The translations under genes and the position numbers were made by a program. Below are positions 37,469-46,670 of a DNA stretch of 64,000 nucleotides, piece by piece (position 1 is the first letter of the stretch; every line of letters starts with the position of its first letter). The notes below the pieces were generated by a model. It saw only the letters and a list, made by a program, of their open reading frames with translations. It did no database searches and was not told the DNA's origin. The stretch covers positions 1,940 through 65,939 of the forward strand of contig JAJYEJ010000001.1 of the NCBI GenBank assembly GCA_021785805.1. The letters run 5' to 3'. This stretch comes from Candidatus Micrarchaeota archaeon (GTDB taxonomy: Archaea; Micrarchaeota; Micrarchaeia; Micrarchaeales; Micrarchaeaceae).

Positions 37469-38587
37469 TTAGAGAAACTCCTTGATTGCGTTAATCGCCT
37501 TCTCTGTGTTCTGCCTTCCACATGCCACAAGCAGCCGTCTTCTGCTCCCTATCATCCCTTCCAAGGTGGTTACCAGAGGCGAAAGCTCATAGAGCGTGCC
37601 TACCTTCGACCCGTCTTTCGCGACCACTTGCAGGTCATGGCCGCTGGGCTTGAACTCTATCATCCTTGCGATGAAGTCCTCCCTGCCTAGGCCTGCCTTT
37701 GAGAGCTTCCCTGCAACTTCCTCCATCTTGACGTCCTTTCCGATACCCGTATAGCATACCTTCTTGAAAAGTTTCCTTGAGACGATGTCAGATACCAGCG
37801 ATGCCGGTTTTCCTCCCCCACTGATGATTGCGCCTAACATCTGCTCGTCATTAAATGATTTCAATGCATCAGCCGGCACCCTTTTCTCTTCTATCGCTAT
37901 GTCGAGCGCATTCTCGTACATGCCACCAGCGATCAGTATCGTCTTGTGGTGGTATACCGAAGAGAACATGAAGTATCTTGCAAGGAGGAGGGTTTCCGCG
38001 CCAGTCAATCCGTCGCTGTACACGGCAAGCTTGCCGTTCGACAAAGTCAGCTTCAGCCGTATCCTTGGATAGTCTATTATGCCATAGGCGACCCCTGTGT
38101 AGTGTGCATCCCTGTTCAGGTAGTCTATCCTATCCGAGCCTATTACGCCGCTGACCAGAACTCCCTCGCCACGCCCTTTCATATATTCAATCATCTTCTG
38201 GTGTGACAATGTGGATCCCTGGATTACATCCTTGAGCGACGTGCTCGAAAGCATCTGTATGCCAAGCTCCTCGTGAGTTGTCTTGAGATGCTTCTTCAGA
38301 AGGTCGTCAGACTGGTGTGAGAAGGCGCCGTGGCCGACATCGTGCAGAAGACCTACGCATATGAGCTCTTCATCGTTCTTTCCCAGAACGCTTTCGGACA
38401 GCTCCCTTGTTATCTGCATTGTGCCCAGTGAGTGCTCGAAACGAGTATGGTTCGCGCCCGGATACACAAGGTCCGCTAGACCAAGTTGCTTTACCCTTCT
38501 AAGCCGCTGGAAATTAAGGTCATCAAGTATGGCTTTCTCCGTATCGTCGATCCGTATATCTGAATGGACAGGGTCTCTTATGTTCAT
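37469..38587 (-). CDS. HD-domain phosphohydrolase (dNTP triphosphohydrolase-like)
   Basis: NHTRFEHSLGT and LLHDVGHGAFSH motifs. ATG 38587 overlaps the stop of the upstream VKOR gene (ATGA). Confidence 0.8.
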   Translation of the reverse strand: MNIRDPVHSDIRIDDTEKAILDDLNFQRLRRVKQLGLADLVYPGANHTRFEHSLGTMQITRELSESVLGKNDEELICVGLLHDVGHGAFSHQSDDLLKKHLKTTHEELGIQMLSSTSLKDVIQGSTLSHQKMIEYMKGRGEGVLVSGVIGSDRIDYLNRDAHYTGVAYGIIDYPRIRLKLTLSNGKLAVYSDGLTGAETLLLARYFMFSSVYHHKTILIAGGMYENALDIAIEEKRVPADALKSFNDEQMLGAIISGGGKPASLVSDIVSRKLFKKVCYTGIGKDVKMEEVAGKLSKAGLGREDFIARMIEFKPSGHDLQVVAKDGSKVGTLYELSPLVTTLEGMIGSRRRLLVACGRQNTEKAINAIKEFL

Positions 38588-39045
38588 TTGTGCACCTTGC
38601 CCGACGGTTTTATCACGAAGTATGTCATTGCTAGGATTACGATGATTAGTATGTCTGCGCTTGAGCACCATATACATATGGCATCAAGCAGAGTGAACGC
38701 GGTAAGCGAGTATGCCACCCCTACTATCCCGGCAAGAGACCATAAGAACTTTATGTTGTCATTCCGGTGGATAAGCGCGAAAGGTGCAACGATGAACCAG
38801 ATTAGCAACAGCACAGCTGTGGGCACACCGTAGAACGAGGAATAGACGCTGGTCAATACAGTGGAGCAGTTCACGATCCCGCTAGTAGGGCACACCAATA
38901 TGCTGTTGTTGTAGTGTTCTATGGTCAGGTATATCGAAATAACCACGCCGAGAGCAGCTAAGATATAGAACGCTGTTTTTTTGCTTTTCATTTTAGATGC
39001 TGCCTTTGTGTTTTTTCTTCTTGATGTTGTTTTTTTATGTCTCAT
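38584..39045 (-). CDS. vitamin K epoxide reductase (VKOR) family membrane protein
   Basis: Four hydrophobic helices. The loop Cys pair is C-x7-C (VCPTSGIVNC), followed by S...YGVPTA. A CxxC (CIWC) sits in the last helix. Confidence 0.8.
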   Translation of the reverse strand: MRHKKTTSRRKNTKAASKMKSKKTAFYILAALGVVISIYLTIEHYNNSILVCPTSGIVNCSTVLTSVYSSFYGVPTAVLLLIWFIVAPFALIHRNDNIKFLWSLAGIVGVAYSLTAFTLLDAICIWCSSADILIIVILAMTYFVIKPSGKVHK

Positions 39046-39078
39046 CTTCTATACCTCGTTCTATTCTTTTTCGTCCAT

Positions 39079-40419
39079 TCATCTCTTTCGCTTTGGTTTC
39101 TTGATAACATTTCCGGCGAACCTCTTTATCGCCTCGTCGAAGGCGCTGCCCCTTGGGACAAGATCGTAGTAGACCTGCGCTATCGGCTTGTTCGCGTTTA
39201 TCAGGTGCCTTATGTTGGTGGGCGTCGCCGATATCACAGTATCGCAATCAGCCCTATTTATCGTCATTTCCAGATCTTTTATCTGTTTTGGGCTGTAACC
39301 CATGGCAGGCAATTCCTTCTCGAGCTTGGTGTACTTTTCAAAGGTTTCTTTTATAGTGCCAGTGGCATACGGTTTAGCATCTATTATCTCGCCTGCGCCG
39401 TACTGTCTCGCGGCGACCGTGCCGGCGCCATACTGAAGGCCGCCATGTGTTATGGATGGGCCATCCTCCACAACCAATACCCTCTTTCCCGCTATGAGCT
39501 TAGGGTTGTCGGCTCTCACCACGGAATCCGCCAGTACCACCTTGGCCTTGCCGTTTATCCTTTGAAGATTATCGGTAACCCTTGTTATCTGCTCGGATGA
39601 CGCCGAATTCACCTTGTTTATCAGTATTATGTCGGCCATCCTCGCCACAGTCTCCCCAGGGTAATATGTAAGTTCATTTCCAGCCCTGAGCGGGTCCGCT
39701 ACCGTTATCATTAGATCGGGTTTTATGAAAGGGGCATCGTTGTTTCCGCCATCCCATATTATTATGTCGGCTTCCTTTTCAGCCTGGTCCAGTATCTCCT
39801 GGTAGTCCACGCCTGCGTACACTACCGTGCCGTTCCTTATCAACGGCTCGTACTCCTCCCTTTCTTCTATGGTGGTCTTGTACCTGTCCAGGTCCTTAAG
39901 GGTCTTGAAGCGCTCGGCTATCTGCTCATTGAGTATCCCATAAGGCATAGGGTGCCTTATCGCCACAGCGGTTATGCCCATCTTGGCAAGCATGCTGCTT
40001 ATGTAACGCGTAGTCTGGCTCTTTCCTGACCCTGTCCTTACTGCGCACACGGCCACCACAGGCTTCTTCGATTTTATCATCGTATGGTCTGGAGAGACCA
40101 ACCAGAAGTCGGCCCCAGTCGCATTGACCAGGCTCGCCTTTTCCATTACCTCGTCATAGCTCAAGTCGCTGTACGACATGACGCATGCATCAGCCTTCAG
40201 GCTCTTTATCAGGCGTGGCAGCTCGCTCTCGTCGTATATCTTGATTCCTTTCGGATAAAATGGCCCGCTGAGCTCCTTTGGATAACTCCGCCCGGATATG
40301 TACGGGATCTGAGCCGCCGTAAACGCAACAACGTTGTAATCCTTGCTGTTCCTGAAAAGAACGTTGAAGTTGTGGAAATCCCTTCCCGCTGCCCCGATTA
40401 TTATAATTCGTTTCTGCAT
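39079..40419 (-). CDS. COG2403-type predicted GTPase / cyclic 2,3-diphosphoglycerate synthetase-like protein
   Basis: The N-terminus IIIIGAAGRDFHNFNV, then AVRTGSGKSQTT, RHPMPYG and EEREEYEP are as I recall for this archaeal family. Confidence 0.6.
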   Translation of the reverse strand: MQKRIIIIGAAGRDFHNFNVLFRNSKDYNVVAFTAAQIPYISGRSYPKELSGPFYPKGIKIYDESELPRLIKSLKADACVMSYSDLSYDEVMEKASLVNATGADFWLVSPDHTMIKSKKPVVAVCAVRTGSGKSQTTRYISSMLAKMGITAVAIRHPMPYGILNEQIAERFKTLKDLDRYKTTIEEREEYEPLIRNGTVVYAGVDYQEILDQAEKEADIIIWDGGNNDAPFIKPDLMITVADPLRAGNELTYYPGETVARMADIILINKVNSASSEQITRVTDNLQRINGKAKVVLADSVVRADNPKLIAGKRVLVVEDGPSITHGGLQYGAGTVAARQYGAGEIIDAKPYATGTIKETFEKYTKLEKELPAMGYSPKQIKDLEMTINRADCDTVISATPTNIRHLINANKPIAQVYYDLVPRGSAFDEAIKRFAGNVIKKPKRKR

Positions 40420-40450
40420 TTCCCCACCTTGAGTTTTATAACGAAGAAAA

Positions 40451-40460
40451 CATTATTAAG
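40451..40460 (+). promoter_or_regulatory. TATA box for the downstream hypothetical gene
   Basis: cattattaag is centred about 26 nt upstream of ATG 40481. Confidence 0.35.
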
Positions 40461-40480
40461 TGTTCCAGGCAATTGATATT

Positions 40481-41314
40481 ATGGCTGCAAGACCGGATAT
40501 TAACAGGTACCTAAATCTCCTAAAGACCGTCTCGAAAAGGTCCGCGATGATGTGCATATTCTGCGGAAATGATAATACGGCATACGTGGATCCTTGGATC
40601 TGCGCATTCTGCGAAAGCACAGTATACAATGCTATCGCATCGGCAGCTGCGAAAGATAAGACGTTGATGAAGAGTATAGAATCGATAAACGGCTACGTGG
40701 AGAACGGCGAGTATAAACCTGCTGCCGACCTATATGCCACGATCGTGGAGAAGAACGGCAATCCGCAGTATCTTTATGCGGCTGCGCTGCTGGACATAGC
40801 GCACTCCAACGACGAAGTGGCGAGGATAAGGTACGATAGGCATGGCTTCATGGAGGAGAACGCCGAGCACAGGATAGAAGCCAGTAGGCTAATGTCGAAT
40901 GCGAAGCTCTTATTCAACAGGGCAATATTCAGGATCAAGGGCTTAGCAGGGACTGCACAGATAACGCCGGATATGGCATTCACCGCCTTCATGAGTTCGA
41001 TAAAATCAGGAAATCTTAGGGCGGCCAAGACTTACATGGAATACCTGACGGCAGTACATCAGCTGAACGATTATGCGAATATGGTGATGAGTGCCGAGCT
41101 AGGCAGGTTCGATGACTTATATCGCTATGCGGATAAGCTGCTTGATAAGAATGTGTTCATGGCAGGGGCGTTATACTACGTAGCTTGGGGCATGTTCAAG
41201 CAGAAGCGGTACCGCGAGTCTGAAAGGATACTTAATGCCTTGTCCCAGGTCGTAAGGAGCAAGAGTGTAGCGGCGCTGCTCAAGGATATAGATGACACGA
41301 AGAAGATCGATTGA
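40481..41314 (+). CDS. hypothetical protein with an N-terminal zinc ribbon and a helical-repeat (TPR-like) body
   Basis: CIFCGN...CAFCES double CxxC, then a helical region. I prefer ATG 40481 over the GTG at 40460. Confidence 0.5.
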   Translation: MAARPDINRYLNLLKTVSKRSAMMCIFCGNDNTAYVDPWICAFCESTVYNAIASAAAKDKTLMKSIESINGYVENGEYKPAADLYATIVEKNGNPQYLYAAALLDIAHSNDEVARIRYDRHGFMEENAEHRIEASRLMSNAKLLFNRAIFRIKGLAGTAQITPDMAFTAFMSSIKSGNLRAAKTYMEYLTAVHQLNDYANMVMSAELGRFDDLYRYADKLLDKNVFMAGALYYVAWGMFKQKRYRESERILNALSQVVRSKSVAALLKDIDDTKKID

Positions 41315-41471
41315 TTACCCGTTTGTGCACAATTGGATTTTCGACTATGCACTGCGTCCGGGGAATGGACTTCCCGTCCTGCATTAGAATAAGCAGAAAG
41401 CCCCCTTGGTCAAATAACCTACCGTTAGTGATTGAAGCCGCAACCCCGAGCTTAATGCACCTTGACTCCGT

Positions 41472-43214
41472 TTATTTCGATATGAAGATGAACTCCATCC
41501 TCTCCTCGTTGTCAAGTATGCAGTAGCCGAACCTCTCAAACTGGACTATGTCGTGCTCCTTCAGGTTCTTGGCGTAGTTCTCCACGAACCCTCGTACGGT
41601 CTCGAGGCTGTCCTCCATGTATTCTCCCTTCTCATCGAAGAGCTCCTTTGGCACCAATACGGTGCATGGGATGTAGTTCCTGTCTGAGACCCACTGCACT
41701 ATCTTCCCCTCCTTTGAGATGGTGTTCCTCGTCGCCGTCATCTGATAGTCCCCCCGGTCCAGTATCTTCACGTCCATCAGGTCCTTCAACCTTATCGTCT
41801 CTCCATCCGCTACCATGTCGGCATCCTCTTCCGATATGTAGAATTCGCTGTTGGTGGTGTATTCCCTCACGCCCATCTCCTTGCTCGGATGCAGCTTGAG
41901 CTTGACGGTGATGTCGACCGAGTCCCCGACGATAATCTTGATCGGGTCCTTTACAAAGAAGAGATGCTTCGCCATAGGGTCTATTATCTTCCTGTTCTCT
42001 GCGAAAAGCATGTCTATCGGCACTACGCTTTCGGATCGGCTGAGCCCGAATCTTAGGACGAATGCCCTTATTGCCTCCGGTTGGATCCCCCTCCTCTGCA
42101 TCGCCATGACCGTAAGCAGCCGAGGGTCATCCCATTTGCTTAGTACGCCGTCTTTCATGAGCTTTCTGATCTCCCTCTTGTGCGCAGTCATGCCTCCTTT
42201 TATCTGGAGCATGGCCATATAATGGAGCCTTGGCACTTTCAGGCCAAGGTACTTGAGAACAAGTTTGTAGCTCTCATCGAATATCTCGTACTCCTTCCCT
42301 CTCGCGACATCCGTTACCCCGTTGTAGTTGTCAATAAGCGGCGTGTTGATGTGGTATGTGGGCCACACCGTGTACTTGCTGCCTTGCCTGTAGTGCGGCG
42401 TCTTCTTTATCCTGAATATCGTCGGGTCGCGCAGTGTCGTGTCTGGTGAGGTCATATCTCCCTTCAGCCTCACGATGGCCTGCCCCTCCTCGAATTTTCC
42501 GACTAGCATATCGCTGAACAGCGAGAGATTCTCCTCGGATTTCTGACCCCTGTGCTGGCATTCGATCTTGTCGAACCTGTTCTTCTTTATCTGGTCCGGA
42601 CTGCACATGCAGATGTATGCATGGTCCTGCGATATCAGCGTCTTGCACACCTCGTATTCCTTTTCTATGTAGTCGCTCGCATAGTACTCCTTTGCGAACT
42701 TTACCCCTAGCCATGCCGTGTCCCTCTTTATCCCATCTACATACTCCTGTTTGCTTTTCTCAGGGTTGGTATCGTCGAAATACAGGAATATCTTGCCCTT
42801 GTAGAGCCTCGCCATCTCGTCGCTTATCAGGCACTGCTTCGCATTGCCCAATGTCATGTAGCCGCCAGGCTCGGGAGGATATCTCGTGAATACGTTGCCT
42901 TCCTGCGCCCCGGCTATCGTTATTTTAGCTACGGCGGTGCTTTCCGCTATCTCTTTCTCCCTCGCCTTAAATTCGCTTTCGAATGGAGCATATTCCTTGG
43001 CTAGCTCCTCCTTGTCCATGGAGTTGACCTCGGTTATTACGCTGGATACCATCGCCTTGAGCTCGTTTATTGGTGTGCCCTTAGCAAGCGGCACCACCTT
43101 GCCCAGCACGCTGCCTAGCTCGGCCTTGCCGTAATCAATGGCGTTCTTTAGCGCAAATTTTCTTGCAGATTCGAGAACGGCTTTATCATCAACCATCGTA
43201 CTCAACCCTTTCAT
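41472..43214 (-). CDS. gltX: glutamyl-tRNA synthetase (archaeal/eukaryotic GlxRS type)
   Basis: TRYPPEPGGYMTLGNAK...FDDTNPE and SKWDDPRLLTVMAMQRRG match the GlxRS core. The N-terminal ALKNAIDYGKA domain is typical of archaeal GluRS. Confidence 0.85.
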   Translation of the reverse strand: MKGLSTMVDDKAVLESARKFALKNAIDYGKAELGSVLGKVVPLAKGTPINELKAMVSSVITEVNSMDKEELAKEYAPFESEFKAREKEIAESTAVAKITIAGAQEGNVFTRYPPEPGGYMTLGNAKQCLISDEMARLYKGKIFLYFDDTNPEKSKQEYVDGIKRDTAWLGVKFAKEYYASDYIEKEYEVCKTLISQDHAYICMCSPDQIKKNRFDKIECQHRGQKSEENLSLFSDMLVGKFEEGQAIVRLKGDMTSPDTTLRDPTIFRIKKTPHYRQGSKYTVWPTYHINTPLIDNYNGVTDVARGKEYEIFDESYKLVLKYLGLKVPRLHYMAMLQIKGGMTAHKREIRKLMKDGVLSKWDDPRLLTVMAMQRRGIQPEAIRAFVLRFGLSRSESVVPIDMLFAENRKIIDPMAKHLFFVKDPIKIIVGDSVDITVKLKLHPSKEMGVREYTTNSEFYISEEDADMVADGETIRLKDLMDVKILDRGDYQMTATRNTISKEGKIVQWVSDRNYIPCTVLVPKELFDEKGEYMEDSLETVRGFVENYAKNLKEHDIVQFERFGYCILDNEERMEFIFISK

Positions 43215-43819
43215 CCTTCGTATATGACAGTAAGCGGGCCTATGACGTTGCCTGTTTGGGTAACGGTTCCTTGTATCTTGACTGGGACCAGTGCGCCGCG
43301 CGGCTGAAGCGGCTCTATTGACACAGGGTAATTACCGGACTGGAGCAGTACTGGCACGGGCTGTGAATAATAGTACATGGTAATCTGCGCCGGCAGGGCA
43401 ACCATGGTGCTGGCCTTTACTGTGGCTACAGAGTTTCCCAGCATGGCGTCAAGCCTGGACTGGAATGCATATGCAGTCATGTTGACCAGATAAGCGCTGA
43501 ATGTCACGTTGTTAATGGATGCATAATTACCTATCGTACCATTTGCCTGCAAAGCGATTATAACATTGGCCACATCCGAGTAGTATGTGGAGTTCGACGA
43601 GTTGACCGTCACCTGCACGTTCTGTGACCATCCGTTGACCGTTGCGTTGGCCTGTCCTACCATGAAGTAGGACGGCCCAGACACCGTAGATGTCGACGAT
43701 GACGGTGGAGAACCGAAGTTTCCGAATGCTGCCGCAGAGCTTATGAACATTATAGCTACCAGTATACTCCCTATGAACAACAATTTCTTCCTTCTAGAAT
43801 CGTCTGCCAATTCAAACAC
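43211..43819 (-). CDS. secreted or membrane-anchored sequon-rich protein
   Basis: Signal-anchor KKLLFIGSILVAIMFISSAAAF and multiple N-x-S/T sites. Its stop overlaps the gltX start (ATGA). Confidence 0.6.
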   Translation of the reverse strand: MFELADDSRRKKLLFIGSILVAIMFISSAAAFGNFGSPPSSSTSTVSGPSYFMVGQANATVNGWSQNVQVTVNSSNSTYYSDVANVIIALQANGTIGNYASINNVTFSAYLVNMTAYAFQSRLDAMLGNSVATVKASTMVALPAQITMYYYSQPVPVLLQSGNYPVSIEPLQPRGALVPVKIQGTVTQTGNVIGPLTVIYEG

Positions 43820-43942
43820 CGAAAAGCCTGCTTAAGGCAAGTAGATTTCGTATTGGTATATTCGCTTGAAAGGCTTTTATATGTAGTGTGGTTAATTAAA
43901 TTCGCTTTTGCTTGATGGCAATGCATCTAATGGGTAATCTAT

Positions 43943-44665
43943 ATGACTTTCAAAGATGGAGACTTTCTAGAAGTAGAATACAGCGTATGGGATGCGACAG
44001 ACAACTCTCTGGTCGCGACTACAGACGAGAAAAAGGCGAAGGAGGGAAACATATACAACGAGAAAGCGCGTTATGGACCCTCGCTTATGGTACTTGGCGC
44101 CCCAGGCATAGTGAAGGGGCTTGACAAGGAGCTCAGAGCCATGAACGAGAGCGACACCAGGAAGTTCACGCTCAAGCCCGCAGAGGCGTTCGGAGATAGG
44201 TCTGAAGACCTGATAAGGGTAATGCCATTATCTGATTTCAAGGCAAGGGACATGAACCCGTATCCGGGCATGCGCGTAACGCTCGACGACGTCACGGCAA
44301 CGGTGAAGAGCGTAAACTCAGGGAGGGTAGTGGTCGACGCAAACCATCCGCTCGCAGGGAGGGATGTCATATACGAGGTAAGGATAGTGAAGTGCCTGAG
44401 GACGGACAAGGAGAAGATAGAAGGGCTTGCAAGCGATTATGGGGCCGCAACCACAGCCGTGAAAGTGGACAATAAGTCAGTTGAGCTTACTTATGACGGA
44501 AAGGTGAAGAAGGATGCCGATTACTTCATAAATAAGACAAGCCTTGTCGCAGCGGTCTTCAGCTACATGAAGAACTTCGAGAAGGTGGAGGTAAAGGAGG
44601 AGTATTCAAGGACTGAGATCGAGAAGCAGGAAGAGGAACATGACCATGGCGATGATCGGGTATAA
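43943..44665 (+). CDS. FKBP-type peptidyl-prolyl isomerase (long archaeal type with IF insert)
   Basis: GDFLEVEYSVW..., LGAPGIVKGLDKEL and DANHPLAGRDVIYEVRIV motifs. Confidence 0.85.
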   Translation: MTFKDGDFLEVEYSVWDATDNSLVATTDEKKAKEGNIYNEKARYGPSLMVLGAPGIVKGLDKELRAMNESDTRKFTLKPAEAFGDRSEDLIRVMPLSDFKARDMNPYPGMRVTLDDVTATVKSVNSGRVVVDANHPLAGRDVIYEVRIVKCLRTDKEKIEGLASDYGAATTAVKVDNKSVELTYDGKVKKDADYFINKTSLVAAVFSYMKNFEKVEVKEEYSRTEIEKQEEEHDHGDDRV

Positions 44666-44667
44666 TC

Positions 44668-45042
44668 ATGGACAATGAAAACAGCGGCAAGCTCATGGTG
44701 GTCACAACCAACTACGTCCCCGGATACAGGATAACGAAGGTAATCGGTGCAACGTTCGGCGTAGTAGTCAGGAGCAGAGGAATCGGGGGCAATATCCTCG
44801 CAAGCTTAAAGTCGATAGTCGGCGGAGAGATAGGGGCTTACACAAAGATGCTGTCCGATGCGAGGGAGCATGCGATGCAGAGGCTTGAGGAAAATGCGAA
44901 GGCGCAGGGAGCTAACGCTGTAGTCAGCATGAGCTTCGACTCTTCGGAAATCGCACAGGCGATGAATGAGATAGTGGCTTATGGCACAGCCGTCGTGGTT
45001 GAGGAGGATCCGAAAGCTGCAGACGCTGTTTCGCTTCGCTGA
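44668..45042 (+). CDS. YbjQ/UPF0145 family protein
   Basis: VTTNYVPGYRITKVIGATFGVVVRSRGIGGNILASLKSIVGGEI and GANAVVSMSFD. Confidence 0.8.
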   Translation: MDNENSGKLMVVTTNYVPGYRITKVIGATFGVVVRSRGIGGNILASLKSIVGGEIGAYTKMLSDAREHAMQRLEENAKAQGANAVVSMSFDSSEIAQAMNEIVAYGTAVVVEEDPKAADAVSLR

Positions 45043-45052
45043 GTTCTCTTGA

Positions 45053-46168
45053 TTAGGAGTTTGCTTTCTTTCTCAGGAAGAATCTCTTTATTATCAAGGA
45101 TGGGCTGTCCATATCCCCGTATTTTCCCAGAAAACGCTCTGCACCCATCATCTTCGAGAGCCTGACCATCCACTCCATCTCCCTCTCGCCCAAGTATGAG
45201 TAATATGAATGTACAAGCCTGTGCAGGCCGAGATCGAGGCCATACCTCTTCCTCCACAGCTTCTCATACACCTCCAGGGACTTGTCCTGTGTCATATGTT
45301 CACGGATGACCCTGGCTGCGATATGCGCGCATGCTATCCCGAATATTATGCCTCCGCCTGTTGTGGCTTTGACCTGACCGGCCGCATCACCCACGAGCAT
45401 CACGTTCCCTTTCACTGTAACTGCCCTCTGGCTCACTGGAATCATGCTTGCGTATCCTGCGGTCTTCCTAGCGTTTCCTATTATCGGAGAGAGCATGTCC
45501 GAAGCGATGAACTGCTCGAACGCCTTGGTGCTCGTCTTCTTGGCTCTCCCGCTTACCCCTATGCCTACCTCTACCTTGGTGCCTGAATAAGGCACGTACC
45601 ACCCGAAGAACCTGTTGGCAATCTTGTTCGAGAAATATAGTCCGACCATGTGTGTGTCTTCCACTGCGGCTCCCGAGTACTCGGCTTTGTAGGTCAGGAT
45701 GTGCTCTTTTATCGGAGGGAATCCTATTGCGCTCGCCACGGTAGACACCGCCCCATCCGCACCTATGACGACACTGTTCTCATCGGAGCTGAACCTTCTG
45801 ACGGTCTCCCTGTCGACGCGCCTGCCCAGCTCGATCTCGGCTCCGGCCGCTCTCGCCTCCTCCGCACAGATATCGGCGAGCTTTCCCCTGTCCAGGACGT
45901 ATGCCTTGGTCGCAGGGGACTTTATGCGCATAGACTCCTTCCCGGCACGCAGCGTTGCTCCGTCAAGGGTGTTTACAATGGCGCCGTGGTAGTTTATGCC
46001 GGTCCTTGAAAGCCCGTCTTTTGAGAATATGCCTGACGCCTTCGCGGTGTTGTCCGAAACCTTCTTTTTCGAATCGTATACGACCGTGTCTACCCCATGC
46101 TTGGCTAACACCTTCGCAAGCGAAAGGCCGATAACTCCCGCACCTATTATGATGGCTTTCTTCTGCAT
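45053..46168 (-). CDS. geranylgeranyl reductase family flavoprotein
   Basis: FAD fingerprint AIIIGAGVIGLSLA and GDAAGQVKATTGGGI. I prefer the internal start ATG 46168 (or 46183), because the 46243 start would run into the divergent promoter. Confidence 0.8.
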   Translation of the reverse strand: MQKKAIIIGAGVIGLSLAKVLAKHGVDTVVYDSKKKVSDNTAKASGIFSKDGLSRTGINYHGAIVNTLDGATLRAGKESMRIKSPATKAYVLDRGKLADICAEEARAAGAEIELGRRVDRETVRRFSSDENSVVIGADGAVSTVASAIGFPPIKEHILTYKAEYSGAAVEDTHMVGLYFSNKIANRFFGWYVPYSGTKVEVGIGVSGRAKKTSTKAFEQFIASDMLSPIIGNARKTAGYASMIPVSQRAVTVKGNVMLVGDAAGQVKATTGGGIIFGIACAHIAARVIREHMTQDKSLEVYEKLWRKRYGLDLGLHRLVHSYYSYLGEREMEWMVRLSKMMGAERFLGKYGDMDSPSLIIKRFFLRKKANS

Positions 46169-46258
46169 ATCATCCACGAACATGCCATTTGGGCCAATCC
46201 CGAGACGGGTGCCCCATGTATTTTGATTTATAAACCTTTCCATTTAAATATTAAGTGT

Positions 46259-46666
46259 TTGGTCGGTGATAAGACGAGTGCGAAAAATGGAAATCCAGCA
46301 AAAACCCCGAAATCTTCGAAATCCCCAAAACCTTCGAACACGGCGTGGGACGGCGGCGATATACCTGTTCCATCAATAAAGATACAAAATATAGTCGTAA
46401 GCGCAGATTTGCATGCGGTTATAGACCTATATGCGCTTTCTAAGGAGGTCAAGGCTGTCGATTATGAGCCAGAGCAGTTCCCGGGAGCGATATTCAAGAT
46501 CGCCGAACCAAAAGCGGTAATCATACTTTTCAAGAACGGAAAGATGATCTGCACAGGAACAAACACCGAGGCGAATATCAGACGTGTCCTCGACTATGCT
46601 GCAAAGGTAATCTCGAAGTACGTGATAGAGGTCACACCAGTACAGGCTTCGCCGCCGAAGAAGTAA
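46259..46666 (+). CDS. single-repeat TATA-box-binding-protein-domain protein with a Lys/Pro/Ser-rich N-terminal tail
   Basis: IKIQNIVVSADLHAVIDLYALSKEVKAVDYEPEQFPGAIFKIAEPKAVIILFKNGKMICTGTNTEANIRRV is one complete TBP repeat. There is only one copy. No in-frame ATG exists, so the start is TTG 46259 or 46223. TATA-like tttataaa and atttaaatatt lie just upstream. Confidence 0.65.
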   Translation: MVGDKTSAKNGNPAKTPKSSKSPKPSNTAWDGGDIPVPSIKIQNIVVSADLHAVIDLYALSKEVKAVDYEPEQFPGAIFKIAEPKAVIILFKNGKMICTGTNTEANIRRVLDYAAKVISKYVIEVTPVQASPPKK

Positions 46667-46670
46667 TCGC

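Noticed and set aside
41472-43214. An apparently degenerate HIGH motif (TLGN) in GluRS, which might suggest an inactive paralogue.
   Set aside because: As far as I recall, archaeal GluRS enzymes naturally carry HLGN-type motifs, so only one position differs. The rest of the GlxRS core and the N-terminal domain look ordinary. This is not enough to claim anything unusual.
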